A DNA stretch of 63,980 bases, the filler included, from Hausera hauseri (taxonomy: Eukaryota): assembly GCA_046269625.1 (NCBI GenBank). It is 11 parts of 11 records of this genome, joined end to end, with 100 filler letters (N's around TTAATTAATTAA, not from the genome) between each part and the next. Parts side by side here need not be neighbours in the genome. Positions count along the whole stretch, not along the records: positions 6,089 to 15,641 come from JBJURY010341045.1; positions 15,742 to 20,888 come from JBJURY010322495.1; positions 20,989 to 25,274 come from JBJURY010656330.1; 8 more parts are not named here. One strand, given 5' to 3'. The notes beneath the pieces are model-generated. The model saw nothing but the letters and a program-made list of their open reading frames with translations, was not told the origin of the DNA and did no database searches. Shown here piece by piece: positions 9,726 to 22,999 of the stretch (its first letter is position 1; the number at the start of each line of letters is the position of its first letter). The translations under genes and the position numbers were made by a program.

Positions 9726-12700
9726 GTGAAAATTGTTTTTCTTCCTATTCCACAGAGACAAAGACACACTTGTGGCATCTGCGATAGAGTCTTCACACTT
9801 GTTCATAACCTTAGACGTCATAATGACTCTGCACTGGGAAATAAAAACATACATGCAATATGCGCGGCAGAATATTTACCAGAAGTGTCAGCCTGTTGGT
9901 CCACGTACAAGGGGATCATTGTTACTCGCTAAAGAGGCCTGCTCCCTCCTATTTCAAGCGACACTGGCTACTGCTCCTTCCCAAGATAAAATACTGAGAT
10001 CTGCTCCTTCGAATAAGGGGGCTGCGCTAACTGGAAAAAAAACATAAACTGAACGAGGACCGGGTTGGTCCTTCCAAGAAAAAACAAAAAAAAAGCATCG
10101 GAATATGATTCGTTAATTGATTTACCCAATGATGTGAGAAACAGATATGATGACAATGAGGCATCTATAAAAACACACAGTATCATTGGCAAATACATTT
10201 CCACATATACTTATTTCCACAGACTAGACACTGAACACCGTTTGGACTGGAATTGTCTTTTAGACAACATATTTAATTGTCAGACACGTGGTTTAAAATT
10301 AACTACAGCCATCATTTCATTCGTAGGCACATCGAGACAGGGGATCTTAGATTTTATCATGCATTATATCAAACAATGCAGCAGTCTTAGAAACACCTAA
10401 ACATATCAAGAAACGGGCAGACTTTGTAGATTTCATTAAACATTTAGAGCCACAAGATCCAGTTAGCTTTGCATTACACAACAGGTCTAACACCAAATAC
10501 ACAATAGAAGCCATTCCTCCATATAATTTTTATATTTACCATTTAAAAGGATACCCGATTGGATGCACTCTAGACGAAATAACTGAACTCTTTACAAACA
10601 ACAAATCCATTTTTACACTAAAACACGACTCGTATACCACACTATATACAGATAATCTATGCTTCATTTGTTCTTTGGCAGTTTTTAGGGGTAGTGCCAT
10701 TAAAAACTTCAGTAAGTCGACACAACTCCTCAAGCATTGGTATGACTACCAGAGTCTCCAGCTCCTGGATAGTTTCCCCCGGAATTAGTTGAATAGATAT
10801 TCCCGATTTAGAAGAGTGTTTCCAGATAAATAAATATATATTTGAATTTGATGAGTACTTATACTTAAACTCGGAGGTAGCGGCGAATATACTCTGTTTA
10901 TTAGCGTATAGGAACCATTTTATGTATATTTCAAATATTGACCAAGCAGTACATGCTTTTTCGTGTAGCAAATGCAGCAAGCTTTTGCCCGTCCGCTGTA
11001 ATTTTATGAGACTCGAAAAGACATGTAATGGAGGCAACTCTGTCGATGTCTTTAAGGGTGGTGTTTACAGCCCACTCGAGACTATTTGTGAAGAAATCGA
11101 CCTGCTTGGAATATCAGTTGACACTAAGTTTATTTACTCATATCGAGCAAGATTTGATTTCAGACATATTCCCAAAAGACAAAGTTGGCTCCTGAGGCCA
11201 GTTCGACGACATTTGTCGCAAAGCACGTACCGTTATCGTGCTCTAGAGCTTCTAATGTGCATGGAATGACGGATTCCGTTTGCTTCGATTAAAACGGGAA
11301 TCATCGAGCCTTGGTTAATGACATAGTCGCCAATCTCCAAGAAATTTCGGAGATGGCTTATAGACTTTTAAAAAATCATTTGAGGACGTGCTTAACGTCT
11401 TGGGCAAGATAGAAGACAGAGCCCTCCTAGGTACGCTGATGCGTTTTTTGTACCAGCTCCCGGTCATAGGCATTAACTCGAGAAAACTTGACATTAACGT
11501 AATTAAACCATATCTCATAAGTGCACTCGCCACTCAAGGCGTGAATGGGGAAGCCGCTCAAGGAGGCAGCAATGGAGAAGAAAGTTTCCAAGAGAAGAAC
11601 CGAGCTGGAGCTGCCCAGGCTTCCGCCAAGCCTCATAATTTTATAGTTAAGTGTAACAATAACTTTATGTGCCTTTCTACACTAAAGTTGAAATTTTTAG
11701 ATATTTGTAATTTTCTGGCGCCGGGTTTTAGCTATAGCAGGTATTTAGCTGCGTGCAAGATAGAGGAAAGAAAGGGATATTTTTGTTATGAATATATTGA
11801 TGATTTAGCTAAATTAAATGAAACTAGTCTACCTCCCCACTCAGTGTTTTTCTTGTCCCTTAAGAATAAAATTTCAGATTCCAAATACTCATTTTTTCAG
11901 CACGCTTGGGGAGGAAACCACATGAAAACCCTTTAAGATTTTCACATTTGGTACAACTATAAGGATTAGTGCCCTTTTCAGATGCGTTAGAAAAACGATT
12001 GAATTTTATTCTAAGTTAGGATTCATATTTTCCGCAACGCGATTTCGGTCCCTGTCGTAACATTAAAGTATCTTTTTTAAAAATAAACCCACGGATGCAG
12101 CTTTTTATTTATATTAAAAGCGCGGGAAAGAAATCCATAAAGTGATTAGAGATAATATAGTGGGCAGGCCTCAAACGTATTCCATAGGTACCACGAAAAG
12201 GATGAGACGTGTATTAGGGGGAATACGTTAGTTCTGGAGATTAAAGGGTACGATGCTAAAGGCTATATTTATGGGCTTTAACGCAAGACATACCGACAGA
12301 TTTTGCTATATTTAGGAAGAGGGAAGACGGGTTTAAAGATGCATAAAGTTAATTATTATACAAGACAGTGTCGCCAGTGGTTAGCGTGGGTAGAACACAA
12401 GAATAAAATTACTTTAAAAACTGAATATAACGGTAGGGAAATGGCTTTAGGTTCCTTGTATAAAAGAGTAGATGGGTGGGATAAAAATTCGCGGAGTGCA
12501 TATCAATTTCATGGTTGTTATTTTCACGGACATTCGAATTGTCCCACCACCCGCTGTAAGGTGATTAATCCCGTCAGTAAGATACTGTTGGACAAGTTGT
12601 ATAAGAAACCTCTGACCATTCACGAGTGAATAGCTAAATATGCTAAAGTCGTGATGATGTGGGAATGTGAGAGGAAAGCTCTGAAAAAGTCAAATACATC

Positions 12701-13979
12701 AATAAAAGCTTTTCTGAGCACCATACCTTTTGTGGCGCGATCCACCTTCTAACGGCTACCGACAAAGACGAGAATTCTGAAAGCTGTAAAGGCCAAAAAG
12801 TGGCTTGGTCGAGTGTGAATTACACGTTCCCGAAAAATTGAAGGAGCATTTTTTTGAAATGACTCCAGTATTTAAAATCGTCGAAGTCTCTGGAGCCGAC
12901 ATAGGGGACTTTATGCGTAAATAGGCAATACAGAACAAACTCTTGACGAGTCCCCGTCCTACGCTGGTAAACAGTTACAAAGACGAAAAGATTCTTCTGA
13001 CCTCCTCATTATAAAGGTGGTACATGAACCACGGTCCACAAGTCACAAATGTGTACCGGGTCATCGAGTTTGGTGACAGCGCCGCAAATGCTCGGCGCCA
13101 GGGAGATACGCAATTTCGAATGAGACGCTAAAATTCTTGGGGAATGCTTATGGTACAATTCTTACCAATATAGCCAAACACTCTGATGTGTCTTATTGTA
13201 AGGGTGATGACACTGCCGATGCGGTTAATAGCCCCCTATTTAAAAAGATAACAGAAATTAGTAAGAATCTTTTTGAAGTACAAATGCATAAGGAAAAAAT
13301 AGTTTGGAATCTCCCGTTGCAGATAGGTTTTTTCGTATATCAATATGCAAAGTTAAGAATGTTATAATATTATTATGCTTTTATAGATAAATATGTAGAT
13401 AGGTCCGATTTTCAGCTATGTGAAATGGATACAGATAGTTTGTATTTGGCCCTTAGTAAGTGTGACCTAGCCGATGCAGTCAGAACCACAAATTAGAGAA
13501 GAATTTTGTAGCGTGTACGACATGTGGTTTCCTGCGGAAGTCTGTACCGCGCATAGGTCCATATTTGTTGGGTAAGGCGGGGGTAGATTGTCTGGCCTGT
13601 AGAAATAGGAAAGCATTCGATAATATAACTCCGGCCCTCTTCAAATTAAAATATGCAGGCGAAGGAATGATATTCCCTTGTAGTAAAACCTACCATTGCT
13701 TTGGGAGTTACAACAAAACCATTACAAAAGGCATAACAAAACAACACAGTTACAACAAAACCAGTATAAAAGGCATAACAAAACAACACAACACACTAGA
13801 CAAAGACAAATTCTTATCAGTTTTAGAGAAACAACAACCACAGGCAGGGACAAACACGGGGTTCAAACTACACAAATCCGCAGTATACACTTAAACACAA
13901 CTTAGGAACTCATTATCTTACTCTTATATCAAAAGACAGGTCCAGTCCGAAAAATTCACACCAAAACCACTCGACATTT

Positions 13980-13981
<2 letters not shown>
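9726..13981 (+). pseudogene. Polinton protein-primed DNA polymerase B with an N-terminal C2H2 finger and an inserted VSR-like nuclease; heavily decayed
   Basis: HTCGICDRVF..NLRRH; NSRKLDINVIK; KFLDICNFLAPGFSY; KGYFCYEY; RVDGWD..YQFHGCYFHGH; LGNAYG; QIGFFVYQYAKLRML; EMDTDSLY; CSKTYHC. Confidence 0.9.

Positions 13982-14017
<36 letters not shown>
13982..14017. repeat. (AC)n microsatellite
   Basis: Perfect dinucleotide run. Confidence 0.97.
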
Positions 14018-14019
<2 letters not shown>

Positions 14020-14589
14020 TTAAAATTGCTGTAAACGTTGTAAAATACCTGTTATGTCACTGTAAATACAAATATCTGTGAATAAAAGATGTATATAAAA
14101 ATATGTGAATAATGTGTTAAACTACGCCCTTTATGAAAACTATTTTTCTGATTGTGAATAATGTAAATACAAATATGATAATGAGACTATATATTATTCT
14201 TTGTTAATATATTGGTGACGAAGTAAATGATGAAAATATACATCGCCTTTTGTTTTTATTTGTACGTCTTTTTTAGTGTTAATTCTCTAAACACCTACTC
14301 TTGGAAAACATCTGGCTGCCTTTAACAGGAAAACGGGTGGGCACTATTATCACGCCACCCGAGAAAAAAGGGGAACCACTGAACACGCCAACAAAACACG
14401 TTTTGGAGCAAAACAAGTCTGGACACGTTTTAGAAATAGAGTAAGTCTGGACATGTTTGGGAAAATGACCCTGGGGAACCCTGTGCAGACGACTTCAATA
14501 ATTTGGTTGACCCAGCAGTGGGCATATCTGCCGGCGACCTGGCGGATGATCCTGCAACCCGGTGCACTGATGCCATCAATTACATAAAT

Positions 14590-15050
14590 TATACAAAGAA
14601 TTGTCTCCCTCTTATCAAACTGGAGCAATGACGACATTGCTCCAGCCTCTATTAGTGTCTCCATTTTTTCCTACGTGAATTCTCTGTTCCTTACTAAAAA
14701 TTATGAAAAGTTGTCTCCCCTTACCCGACTCCATCTTGCTCCACACTTGCTCCAGGTTTTTTCCTATGCTCCACTTACAAAAAAAAATTCCAAACAGCTG
14801 TCTCCCCCTTACCCGACTGGAGCAATGACGTCATTGTTCCAGTCTTCCTAATAAAAGATTTCGCAAGAATTACATAACAAAAACATACAATTATGCAATT
14901 TCTTACATAATCTTACGTCATCTTACATAATCGGATATGGCGTCATTGCCGGATATGACGTCATTGCTCCAGCCTTGCTCCAGGTTTTTCCTTAAATCCA
15001 CCGATTTAGCTCCAGAAATGATACCATGATTTTCACTCTATACTACTACT
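14590..15050 (+). repeat. Probable Polinton right terminal repeat region ending in (ACT)3
   Basis: Internal direct repeats (tgtctcccc-ttacccgact, ctggagcaatgacg-cattgctccagc, ttgctccaggttttt) ending at tactactact; many Polintons end in AGTAGT...ACTACT; partner TIR not in window. Confidence 0.6.
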
Positions 15051-15208
15051 AACGGATGTCTATTTAGCATTCTTGCCGCCATTCAAAATTATCTATTCGG
15101 CTCCATTGAAGCTACGCAGTCACTATTTCCTTTGAGAAATTTAGACGCCACGAGTACAGAGGTAAACTATTTCTTAATTTAGGTAATATAATTAAATAAT
15201 TTTAAATC

Positions 15209-15545
15209 CTGGTGAGAGCATTGGAAATTTGTTCTTCCGTTCGCCTCGAGTGCTAAAGGTACGGGGTTCGATTCCTGGTGGAAGCACTTGGGATTTTTTC
15301 TCCTGGATCTTCTAGTAATAAATTTCCCCGATCTCTGGGTAGTGAGATCGGACGTCCGTGTACATTGTCGTGCACGTAAAAAAATCCGTCGGCAGTTGAA
15401 AATCGAAAGAGAGTATTCTGTTAACGGCCGCTGTCCTGGAAAAATTCTAGGAAAAATCTACCCCAGGCAGAAATGTAAACAGACAACACTGCCTATTTCT
15501 CAACCCTGGTTAAATAAAGATCTTATCTTATCTTATCTTATCTAT
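15209..15545 (+). mobile_element. Second SINE family (tRNA-like B box, (TCTTA)n tail)
   Basis: ggttcgattcc at 15265-15275; aataaa followed by tcttatcttatcttatcttatct. Confidence 0.65.
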
Positions 15546-15751
15546 TAATCAATAATCGTAAGAACAAAACGAATCGCTGGAGGTGCTCAAGATTCATCCA
15601 TGTCACTGGATGGAATATACGAAATCAAGTGTTATGTATTCNNNNNNNNNNNNNNNNNNNNNNNNNNNNNNNNNNNNNNNNNNNNTTAATTAATTAANNN
15701 NNNNNNNNNNNNNNNNNNNNNNNNNNNNNNNNNNNNNNNNNTAAATATATT

Positions 15752-16480
15752 TTGGTATTTATTGATTATTTCACCAGATGGGTGGTGGCTTTACCAATGC
15801 CTGATATAAGGGCTGACACAATTGCTGAAAGATTTGTGGAAAATATAGTATTCAATTACGGAGCTCCAAGAATTCTGACAGGGACTGTAATGCAGTCCAT
15901 ATATGATATATTGAAAATATTAAAGTTACGGTCAACGCCCGCACATCCAAAGAATAATGGAATGGTTGAAAGGTATATTGGAGACCTAAAAGGTAAATTA
16001 CAAACAGTAGTAAATACTAGGCAGGATGACTGGGACGAATACATCAATGCATGTGTTTTCGTCAATCGGACATCAGTCCATGAGGCGACTAAAGAAACAC
16101 CCTTTTATATAATGTATTTGCGAGATGCAAGACTACCAATCGATTTAGATTTCAACGTAAAAACAATTTCACACTTAATGGAAATAGAAGACTATAAACA
16201 AGTAATGCAAGAACACCTCCAGTTGGCATACAAAATGATTGGTGATAACCAGAAAGATTATAAATTAAAATATAAGAAATACTATGACCAAAAGACGAAG
16301 CAGCCTAGAATCAAGATAGGCGACCAGGTGATGTTGCATTCTCCAACAATTAAAAAGGGTAAAACGTCTAAATTAGACAGACCATAAAAAGGACCATATG
16401 AGGTAGAAAAAATAGACCTACCGAATATTTGCCTAAAGAAAAATAATACTTCCGTAAAAGTACATATTAACAGATGTAAG
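15752..16480 (+). pseudogene. Gypsy integrase core + GPY/F C-terminus
   Basis: FIDYFTRW, YGAPRIL, HPKNNGMVER, ETPFYIMYLRD, KLDRP*KGPY..VHINRCK. Confidence 0.92.
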
Positions 16481-16579
16481 CCTGCTGCTAAGGAGAGTAA
16501 GTTAAGAGAAGGTAAAAAAGAGTTAGTAAACAGCATCAGTGAGAAGGAAATCGAAAAGGACTCAACGAATAAACTGCCT

Positions 16580-17965
16580 ATAAAGAAGATATTATTACTA
16601 GGCATCATTCTATTACTTCCCATAGTAGTAGGACAAATGTCGGATCAAAAAGTTCAAAAAGCCAAAATACGACATGCTACAGCCATAAACGAGGATCTAT
16701 GGTTAAAAATCTTAAAGTATCACATAACATATTCCATGCAAGGTCAAAAATGCATTACCTGGTATACTACGAGACAAATACCTGGTGATTATATCATAGA
16801 GATACAAATAACCCCAGTCAACGGTCACGAAAGAAACTCTGATGAGAGATATAATAGTTGCACCCTACGTTCAGTGACTAATAAAACGCAATGTCCAATA
16901 GACACTTCAGGGACACATAGGGTATACCTAACGCTTATAAAAAAGAAAGGAGGTTATTATTATAGTTTACATACTAAATTTTACAGGTATATACGAGTTC
17001 CCAATAGACAGGGAATGAATGAAACACTGCTTGATGAAATAATACTCGCTCAGAAAAAAATAAGATCAATAGAATTTAAAAGTGGACGAAGTTGTCTCGA
17101 AATAAGAAGTATGATAGAATTAGAATATATTCGATGGATAACGATATCCATAAAAGAAATAGGAGGCAAACAAAGATTATTGAAATGTGAATTAACCGAT
17201 GAACAGCAACAAGTTTGCTGCAACGTAACAAGAGGTAAAATATGCGAAGTAAAATATACTTTGTCACGAAAGGAACACGGAAAGCTCAAGAATAGAAGAC
17301 AGAAAAGGTCCGACAATGTTTATACGATATAACAATCAAAATGAGTATGATGATATACGAAGAAGAATCACGGTACCACCTGTGCAAGTCTCGCCTGATA
17401 CCAAGGAGATGACTATTCTAATTAAACCATATGCTTCTTATTACCGCCAAAAACGTTCTATCTGGGATAACGTAACTATTATAGCACTCCCACGGCACTA
17501 ATCATCTCTCTTAGACCAGATCTCGACTTCATAAAAATTAAATTTGTCTGTAAAAGACAAGACACCACAGTAGCAAAAGGAATAATAACTCCTGATGATC
17601 TGATAGTGCTGTGTGCGGCTTTAGAGACTAATACGAAATATACAATTATGTTACAATTATTAGACGTTAACGATAAAATAACCTCTACAAAAGTAATGTC
17701 TCCAATCACAAAAGGTACTAGAATCGAATCACCATACAGATTAAATACAATCATGAATAAGACAACTAAAAAGCCATTACGAGCAGGATATAAGTATTCC
17801 CGCCTAGAAATAATCATAATAGGTTCAATAACCCCTGTGGTCTTAATAATAATATTGTTAATAGTGAGTAAAATCTTATATTGGCGATACAAACGAAGAA
17901 GAAGCTGGGTCAGAATTGATATGCGAAATCTAGCGAATCCGTTAGATACGGACAACCCCAGCTGA
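16580..17965 (+). pseudogene. Type I membrane protein with signal peptide, FN3-like repeats, two RQKR furin-type sites and TM; starts in frame with integrase
   Basis: KKILLLGIILLLPIVVG|Q in the integrase frame; CCNVTRGKICEVKY; CAALETNTKYTIML; TM IIIIGSITPVVLIIILLIVSKILYW then RYKRRR; internal frameshifts near 17320-17500. Confidence 0.75.
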
Positions 17966-18277
17966 CGATTAATGTTGAGGATTGCAATATACGCAACCCT
18001 CAGTAAAGAGATAACCAAACAACATCGAGTTATCTTATACGTTAAAAATAGTTATAACGAAACCACAATGATTACCTCCCTCAGTTGTTTGATAACCGTT
18101 GTGTTGTATTTAAGTATCGTGATAAATGACGTTTTGACTCTTATTTTTACAGTCTCAGCTACAACGTTCCACTAGATCCAGTCTATTACTCATTCCAAAC
18201 ACTGGTACGGTAACGTAAAGAACCATATAATTAACGCCAATCCGTCCAATCAATACTACGTATCACACAATGATAAT

Positions 18278-19399
18278 GTGACCAGTTTAAACTACCCTCA
18301 GATTCAACAAATCCTTAACAATATAAAAGGATATAGTATGGCTAACCGATCTTTCGCCATAATGCAAATTACTAAAGCCACATCATTTCTCCTAGAGGAT
18401 ATAATAATCCTACCAGATCGATTCCATTCTATGAATTTGTACGGCGTTGTGGGTCAAATTCAGATAAAAACAACAGACAAAAAAACATCAATTAAAGGAG
18501 ATCTAATCTATGTCGATCCTGAACACGGTCTAGCTTTCGATTACACCTTCCTTAAAGACAATCTAATTAAAATTTGTTCGTGCACAAACCGGGTAATATT
18601 AGCAATGAAAATAATTAAACTAAAAAAATTCTTTCCCAGTCTGCCAGAAGGAAGATGCTTCAATCTCCCGGAGCCTGACTACGTCAAGTACAAAAGTATC
18701 CCTTATAGAAGATTGGACAAAGTTACAGATAAAGACATGGTCATAGCCGCCGTAAACTTGGCCTATGACCAATGGAACCAGCTTCAACCTATCGAAGCCT
18801 CGGTTCTAACAATGAATGGAGACACCTTGCTGTATGGAACCATTACCCCAAGGCAGCGTATTAACAATTTCGATACGCACATAACCGGCCTCACAGAGTC
18901 TAATATCAATAACCAAATCGATCCAGTGGATTTTTACCGAAAAGTGACAGAAGCAATAACTGACAAGGATGTTATCGGAGCCAACGTGGTTGAAATTGTT
19001 ACCAACCATTTCAAGTGTCCAATCCGACGGATAGCTGGAGTACGTGATATATTATATCACGAGGATGTTATCCGCCGGTATCAGTTAACAACTAAGACTT
19101 ATAAAGAATTGGCCCGCAAATTCTATTACACAAAGGGCTTTTCTCTACGAATCACTGCCTTAGCGCAGTGCTACCAATCTATCTACAAACAATTAAAGTG
19201 GTCAGATGAGCTCATCAACCAAAGCACGGCCTCCGATACGGTGCGAACAGCACCCACGACATCGCAATGTGGAAGGAAACGTAGAATTCAACTTGATGAA
19301 ACAGTCGTACTGGATGATAAAGTATACAAGCCCGAAGCCATCCGATATAAATCAACAACAGGAAAATATATCCATATGCCCTTGTCGTTCGACCAGTGA
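18278..19399 (+). CDS. Accessory protein: unknown N-terminal domain + degenerate DEDDh (ISG20/REX4-like) exonuclease domain; frame extends upstream to 17966 with one TAG at 18173
   Basis: Long open frame; ASVLTMNGDTLLYGTITPRQRINNFDTHITGLTESNI..KVTEAITDKDVIGANV..VRDI resembles the REX4/ISG20 core but lacks ExoI DxE and GH..D. Confidence 0.65.
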   Translation: MTSLNYPQIQQILNNIKGYSMANRSFAIMQITKATSFLLEDIIILPDRFHSMNLYGVVGQIQIKTTDKKTSIKGDLIYVDPEHGLAFDYTFLKDNLIKICSCTNRVILAMKIIKLKKFFPSLPEGRCFNLPEPDYVKYKSIPYRRLDKVTDKDMVIAAVNLAYDQWNQLQPIEASVLTMNGDTLLYGTITPRQRINNFDTHITGLTESNINNQIDPVDFYRKVTEAITDKDVIGANVVEIVTNHFKCPIRRIAGVRDILYHEDVIRRYQLTTKTYKELARKFYYTKGFSLRITALAQCYQSIYKQLKWSDELINQSTASDTVRTAPTTSQCGRKRRIQLDETVVLDDKVYKPEAIRYKSTTGKYIHMPLSFDQ

Positions 19400-20988
19400 T
19401 AAATTCGGGGCAATTTATTGAAGCCCTCGTCTAATTCTACAAACCATTTGGAACTTTGCCATTTTAAATGGATCATATACGATCACATAGTACAATATTT
19501 GATCACGCAATATATTATTGACTTCTATATATAATATACATTTAACATTGATAACTGAAAAATGATACGTGATTCTTCTTACGTGATACGTGATTTTCAT
19601 ATGACTTTAATGGAATTTTTTGAGTGAAAGTTGTTTTATTTATTTATAAAGGAATTATTGTATGTACTATATAAACCGTGATTTTCTTCATCACAACACA
19701 ATTTTTTTGCCATTACTGATGACATCACGTAAGTGTAATAATTTAATTATTACGTCTGTTTGTTAAATTGTCAATTTTTCTTTGGTAACTGTACGTGTAA
19801 TCAAATAGAGTTATTTATTTTATTTAAAAGGTTGTTGTGCTTTCCTTAAGTAATAAAAGTAATTAAGTAACTCAATTAAATCGGATAAATTCTTCGTCCA
19901 GGTTAAAGTTACCTGACGAAGGCCAAATTAACTCCTAAATAACGTATAAGATATTAATCCGTAAGTAAGTAATTTATTAACGTTACAACTATTCACCTTG
20001 CAACATATTACCTCTGCACAGCTAGGTAAGGACCGTTACAAACTTCCTCAAGGACAAAAGAAAGAATTGTCATACTCATTAATTAGTAAACCAAGACAAT
20101 AATTGTTATTATTAATGAGTATGGAACATTATTCGTGTAGGCTTAGTTTTGAAGTCGAACTCACTACAAGGCTAAGACTATCCCGACCTCCAACTGTTAA
20201 AGTAAATTTTAAAAGAATCCCAAATTTAGCATTTGTAATTTGATATAACACAACTTTTTTGATTATTATTCTCTGATTGGGTTAAATACATAATTCATTA
20301 ATGTAAAGAAGTTCAAGCAGAAACAAATATATTAAAATTTTATAAACAGGTTTTCATGGCAAATAATTGCAAAGTCAATATTTTTAGTCTGTTTACTACA
20401 TTGAATGAAACTTTATAAGCAGATCCGATTGATAAAGTCGGACAAATTTGAATCGTTTAAATTTCTGTTGACTTTGGCAATTGTGCAAAATAAGAAAATG
20501 TCACCCAGGATATTGATACTTGTTTTAAAGTATGAATCATTGTTACTTATATTTGAATAAATTAGTGCAATAAATATCTTTGTCCTTTAATAAAATGTTC
20601 CCTTAACTTTTAGTGTTTTACTTAAAGAAGTATCATTTATTTGTCTAATCATAACGGAGGTATATTCACTTTGTTTTTGAAAAGTCGAATATGTTTGGAA
20701 TAGTATCACATGTTTAAAAAAATAAGAAAACAATGGATATGGTTTTTACATATGTTCCAAGGGAACATTTCTAACTGTCACACAATGGTTTTTATAAGGA
20801 ATAGTCAGATACCCGCCTTCGCAAAATTCAGCAGTCAAGTATGAAATTGACATACTTTGGTATAATTATACATACAATACAAACGAGCNNNNNNNNNNNN
20901 NNNNNNNNNNNNNNNNNNNNNNNNNNNNNNNNTTAATTAATTAANNNNNNNNNNNNNNNNNNNNNNNNNNNNNNNNNNNNNNNNNNNN

Positions 20989-21437
20989 GCGGCAATCCTC
21001 AATTCCATTTCATTTTCGCATAAGCTTTTACGACACAACTTGAAGGTACTGAACTTGTATTTTCGTCCCTTGTTTGAGCTCCAGTTTTTTCCAACTAATC
21101 TGTAGTAAACCTCTCCTTCAGCCAAATGTACATACACATCGCATTGAGGTCTTATTTCGGATTTCAGTAATTTTTTTAAGTTGTATGATCGGGCATCTTC
21201 GTTGTTTCTCATGGCGTATAATAGCAGAACTCTATTTCCTTCCACGATTCCTTTCAAATTGTTAGGGATTTTGTCTACTTGATTATATTCCACTAGTGTT
21301 CTATTCTGCAGTTCTATGTGGACTTGACGATATATAGCGTTGGAATTATGTGTTATTATAGTCGCACTTTCCTGTAAGAATTCGTCGATGTCGGTCTGGT
21401 CACAGCATTTATTTCGATTTGCCATCTTACTTACCAA
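20989..21437 (-). CDS. Accessory ORF (partial; runs off contig end)
   Basis: Open frame, same frame as the upstream membrane protein; homologous to 5481-5988 and to the start of 18278-19399 (Y.Q...I.NN.KG....NR). Confidence 0.7.
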
Positions 21438-21536
21438 TCTGAAATAAAAGTAAATAAGTTTATTCCTAGGACAGAGTCGTATTTCAGAATGAAATATTTT
21501 TACTGTCTGATGACAGAATAACCCGACCTGTAATTG

Positions 21537-22910
21537 TCAGGTTATTTTATCATACGAATCACTTTGGTGTACCACCCTTATTTCTCCGTCATTAATTTTG
21601 CGCTGTTTTTTACAGTTTTTGGTAATTATATAAAATGGCGCCATTAATATTAATAAGACGAACACTGACATCACAATGATTAATAAAATAGGTAGAGTTG
21701 TTAATACGAATGGTTTTTGTGTTGTTGTAGTGGTAATTGTATTTTCTATGTCTCGATTTCTTTGCGAATCTGGGTAAATATTTTCCGTTAAAGTGTGTAA
21801 GGTGATTGTCCGATTTTGTTTTCCCGCTGCGTTAATTTGTATTATATACTCTATCTGAGATTTCAGTGATTTACATTCAGTCTGTTGCGTATTCTTTATA
21901 AGTATTACATTTTGTCTACTATATAAGGTTCGATAGTTTATCTCTATATCGTAGTTTAATTCTTCCTCGACGAAGAATATTACCTTGTTTCGCTGCAATA
22001 AGTATTTAATAGGAATACCTTCCGGTTGCTTTCTGGGTCTTTCACTAGTCATGATGATTTTAGTAGCAATACTAGACTTTGTCGTCGTTTCAAATGGGAT
22101 TTTTCAATTTGTCTTCCTAAACGATATCCTCTTAGGTATATATTTGGCTAATTTGGTCTGACCTTATATAGTAGAACTGTATCTCGTAACTGTATCCTTG
22201 GGTATTTTACAGCACGGTTTTGAGTTCCACTGGCTGATAGCGCAGTATTTTGCTGGCGGATTTGTTTCTTCAGACGGTATGAATCAAACCGATATCTGAT
22301 AGGATTTAGTTAAACTTGTTCTAGTTTTAATTTGAATACATGCATTTTTTAAATCCTTGGAGACTTCAACTATATTTTCATTTAATAACTTAATTTGAGG
22401 ATCAGTACTTTGAACTATGTCGGATAATTTTACTCTGTCCATTAGGACTTGCTTGGGCATAGCTATTTCGATCAGTGGTCGTATCTCTGCTCGAATGATC
22501 TCATAGGGGTAATAATACATAAGTATTACATATCTGTATGTTTGTCCGAAATCTAGTTAACAACATTTTTTATAAACTCCATATCCAAACTAACAATCTT
22601 TTATCCTTTCACTATTTCGATCGGTAAACTTTATACGAATTTTCATATATTCTCTTGTAGCCTTGTCGGTTTGAAACCAGATAAAGGGCTTTTTCTAACC
22701 TGCATCATATGCTTTCATTGTTTTTATATTTTCCTTCCAGGTGTTTTTGTTCCTCTTTGATTTTGGCTTCCCTTCCCTTTTGGCAATTGCATATATATAT
22801 CTACTAAACTGGATTCGCTTTCATCCCACTACTACGCTTTAGTCTTAGGAACATAAGAAGCGATTAATGATAGTGTTAAGATTATCTGTACGTAAGATAT
22901 TGGCCTATAA
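21537..22910 (-). pseudogene. Signal peptide / FN3-like / TM membrane protein, counterpart of 3960-5381
   Basis: RPISYVQIILTLSLIASYVPKTKA; IPIKY..FFVEEELNYDIEI; CKSLKSQIEYIIQINAAG; TTLPILLIIVMSVFVLLILMAPF. Confidence 0.75.
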
Positions 22911-22999
22911 ATTATACAAGATGTCCTTGTTTTTTTCTTTCCTTCACTTGGGTTAAAACTCTGATTTTTGTATCGCAAATTATAACGTCTTCCCTGTCG

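Larger units (their letters stand above)
6290..15050 (+). mobile_element. Partial Polinton/Maverick element
   Basis: Protease + pPolB + terminal-type repeat. Confidence 0.8.
15742..19399 (+). mobile_element. Gypsy element, copy 3 (IN - membrane protein - accessory ORF); more distant relative of copies 1 and 4
   Basis: Same architecture and frame relationships as contig 1. Confidence 0.85.

Noticed and set aside
13707-13790. 42-bp tandem duplication in pPolB
   Set aside because: Ordinary slippage duplication in a decayed gene.
19420-20888. 3' LTR of Gypsy copy 3
   Set aside because: Position is plausible, but no partner LTR or clear PPT/TG...CA boundaries could be identified.
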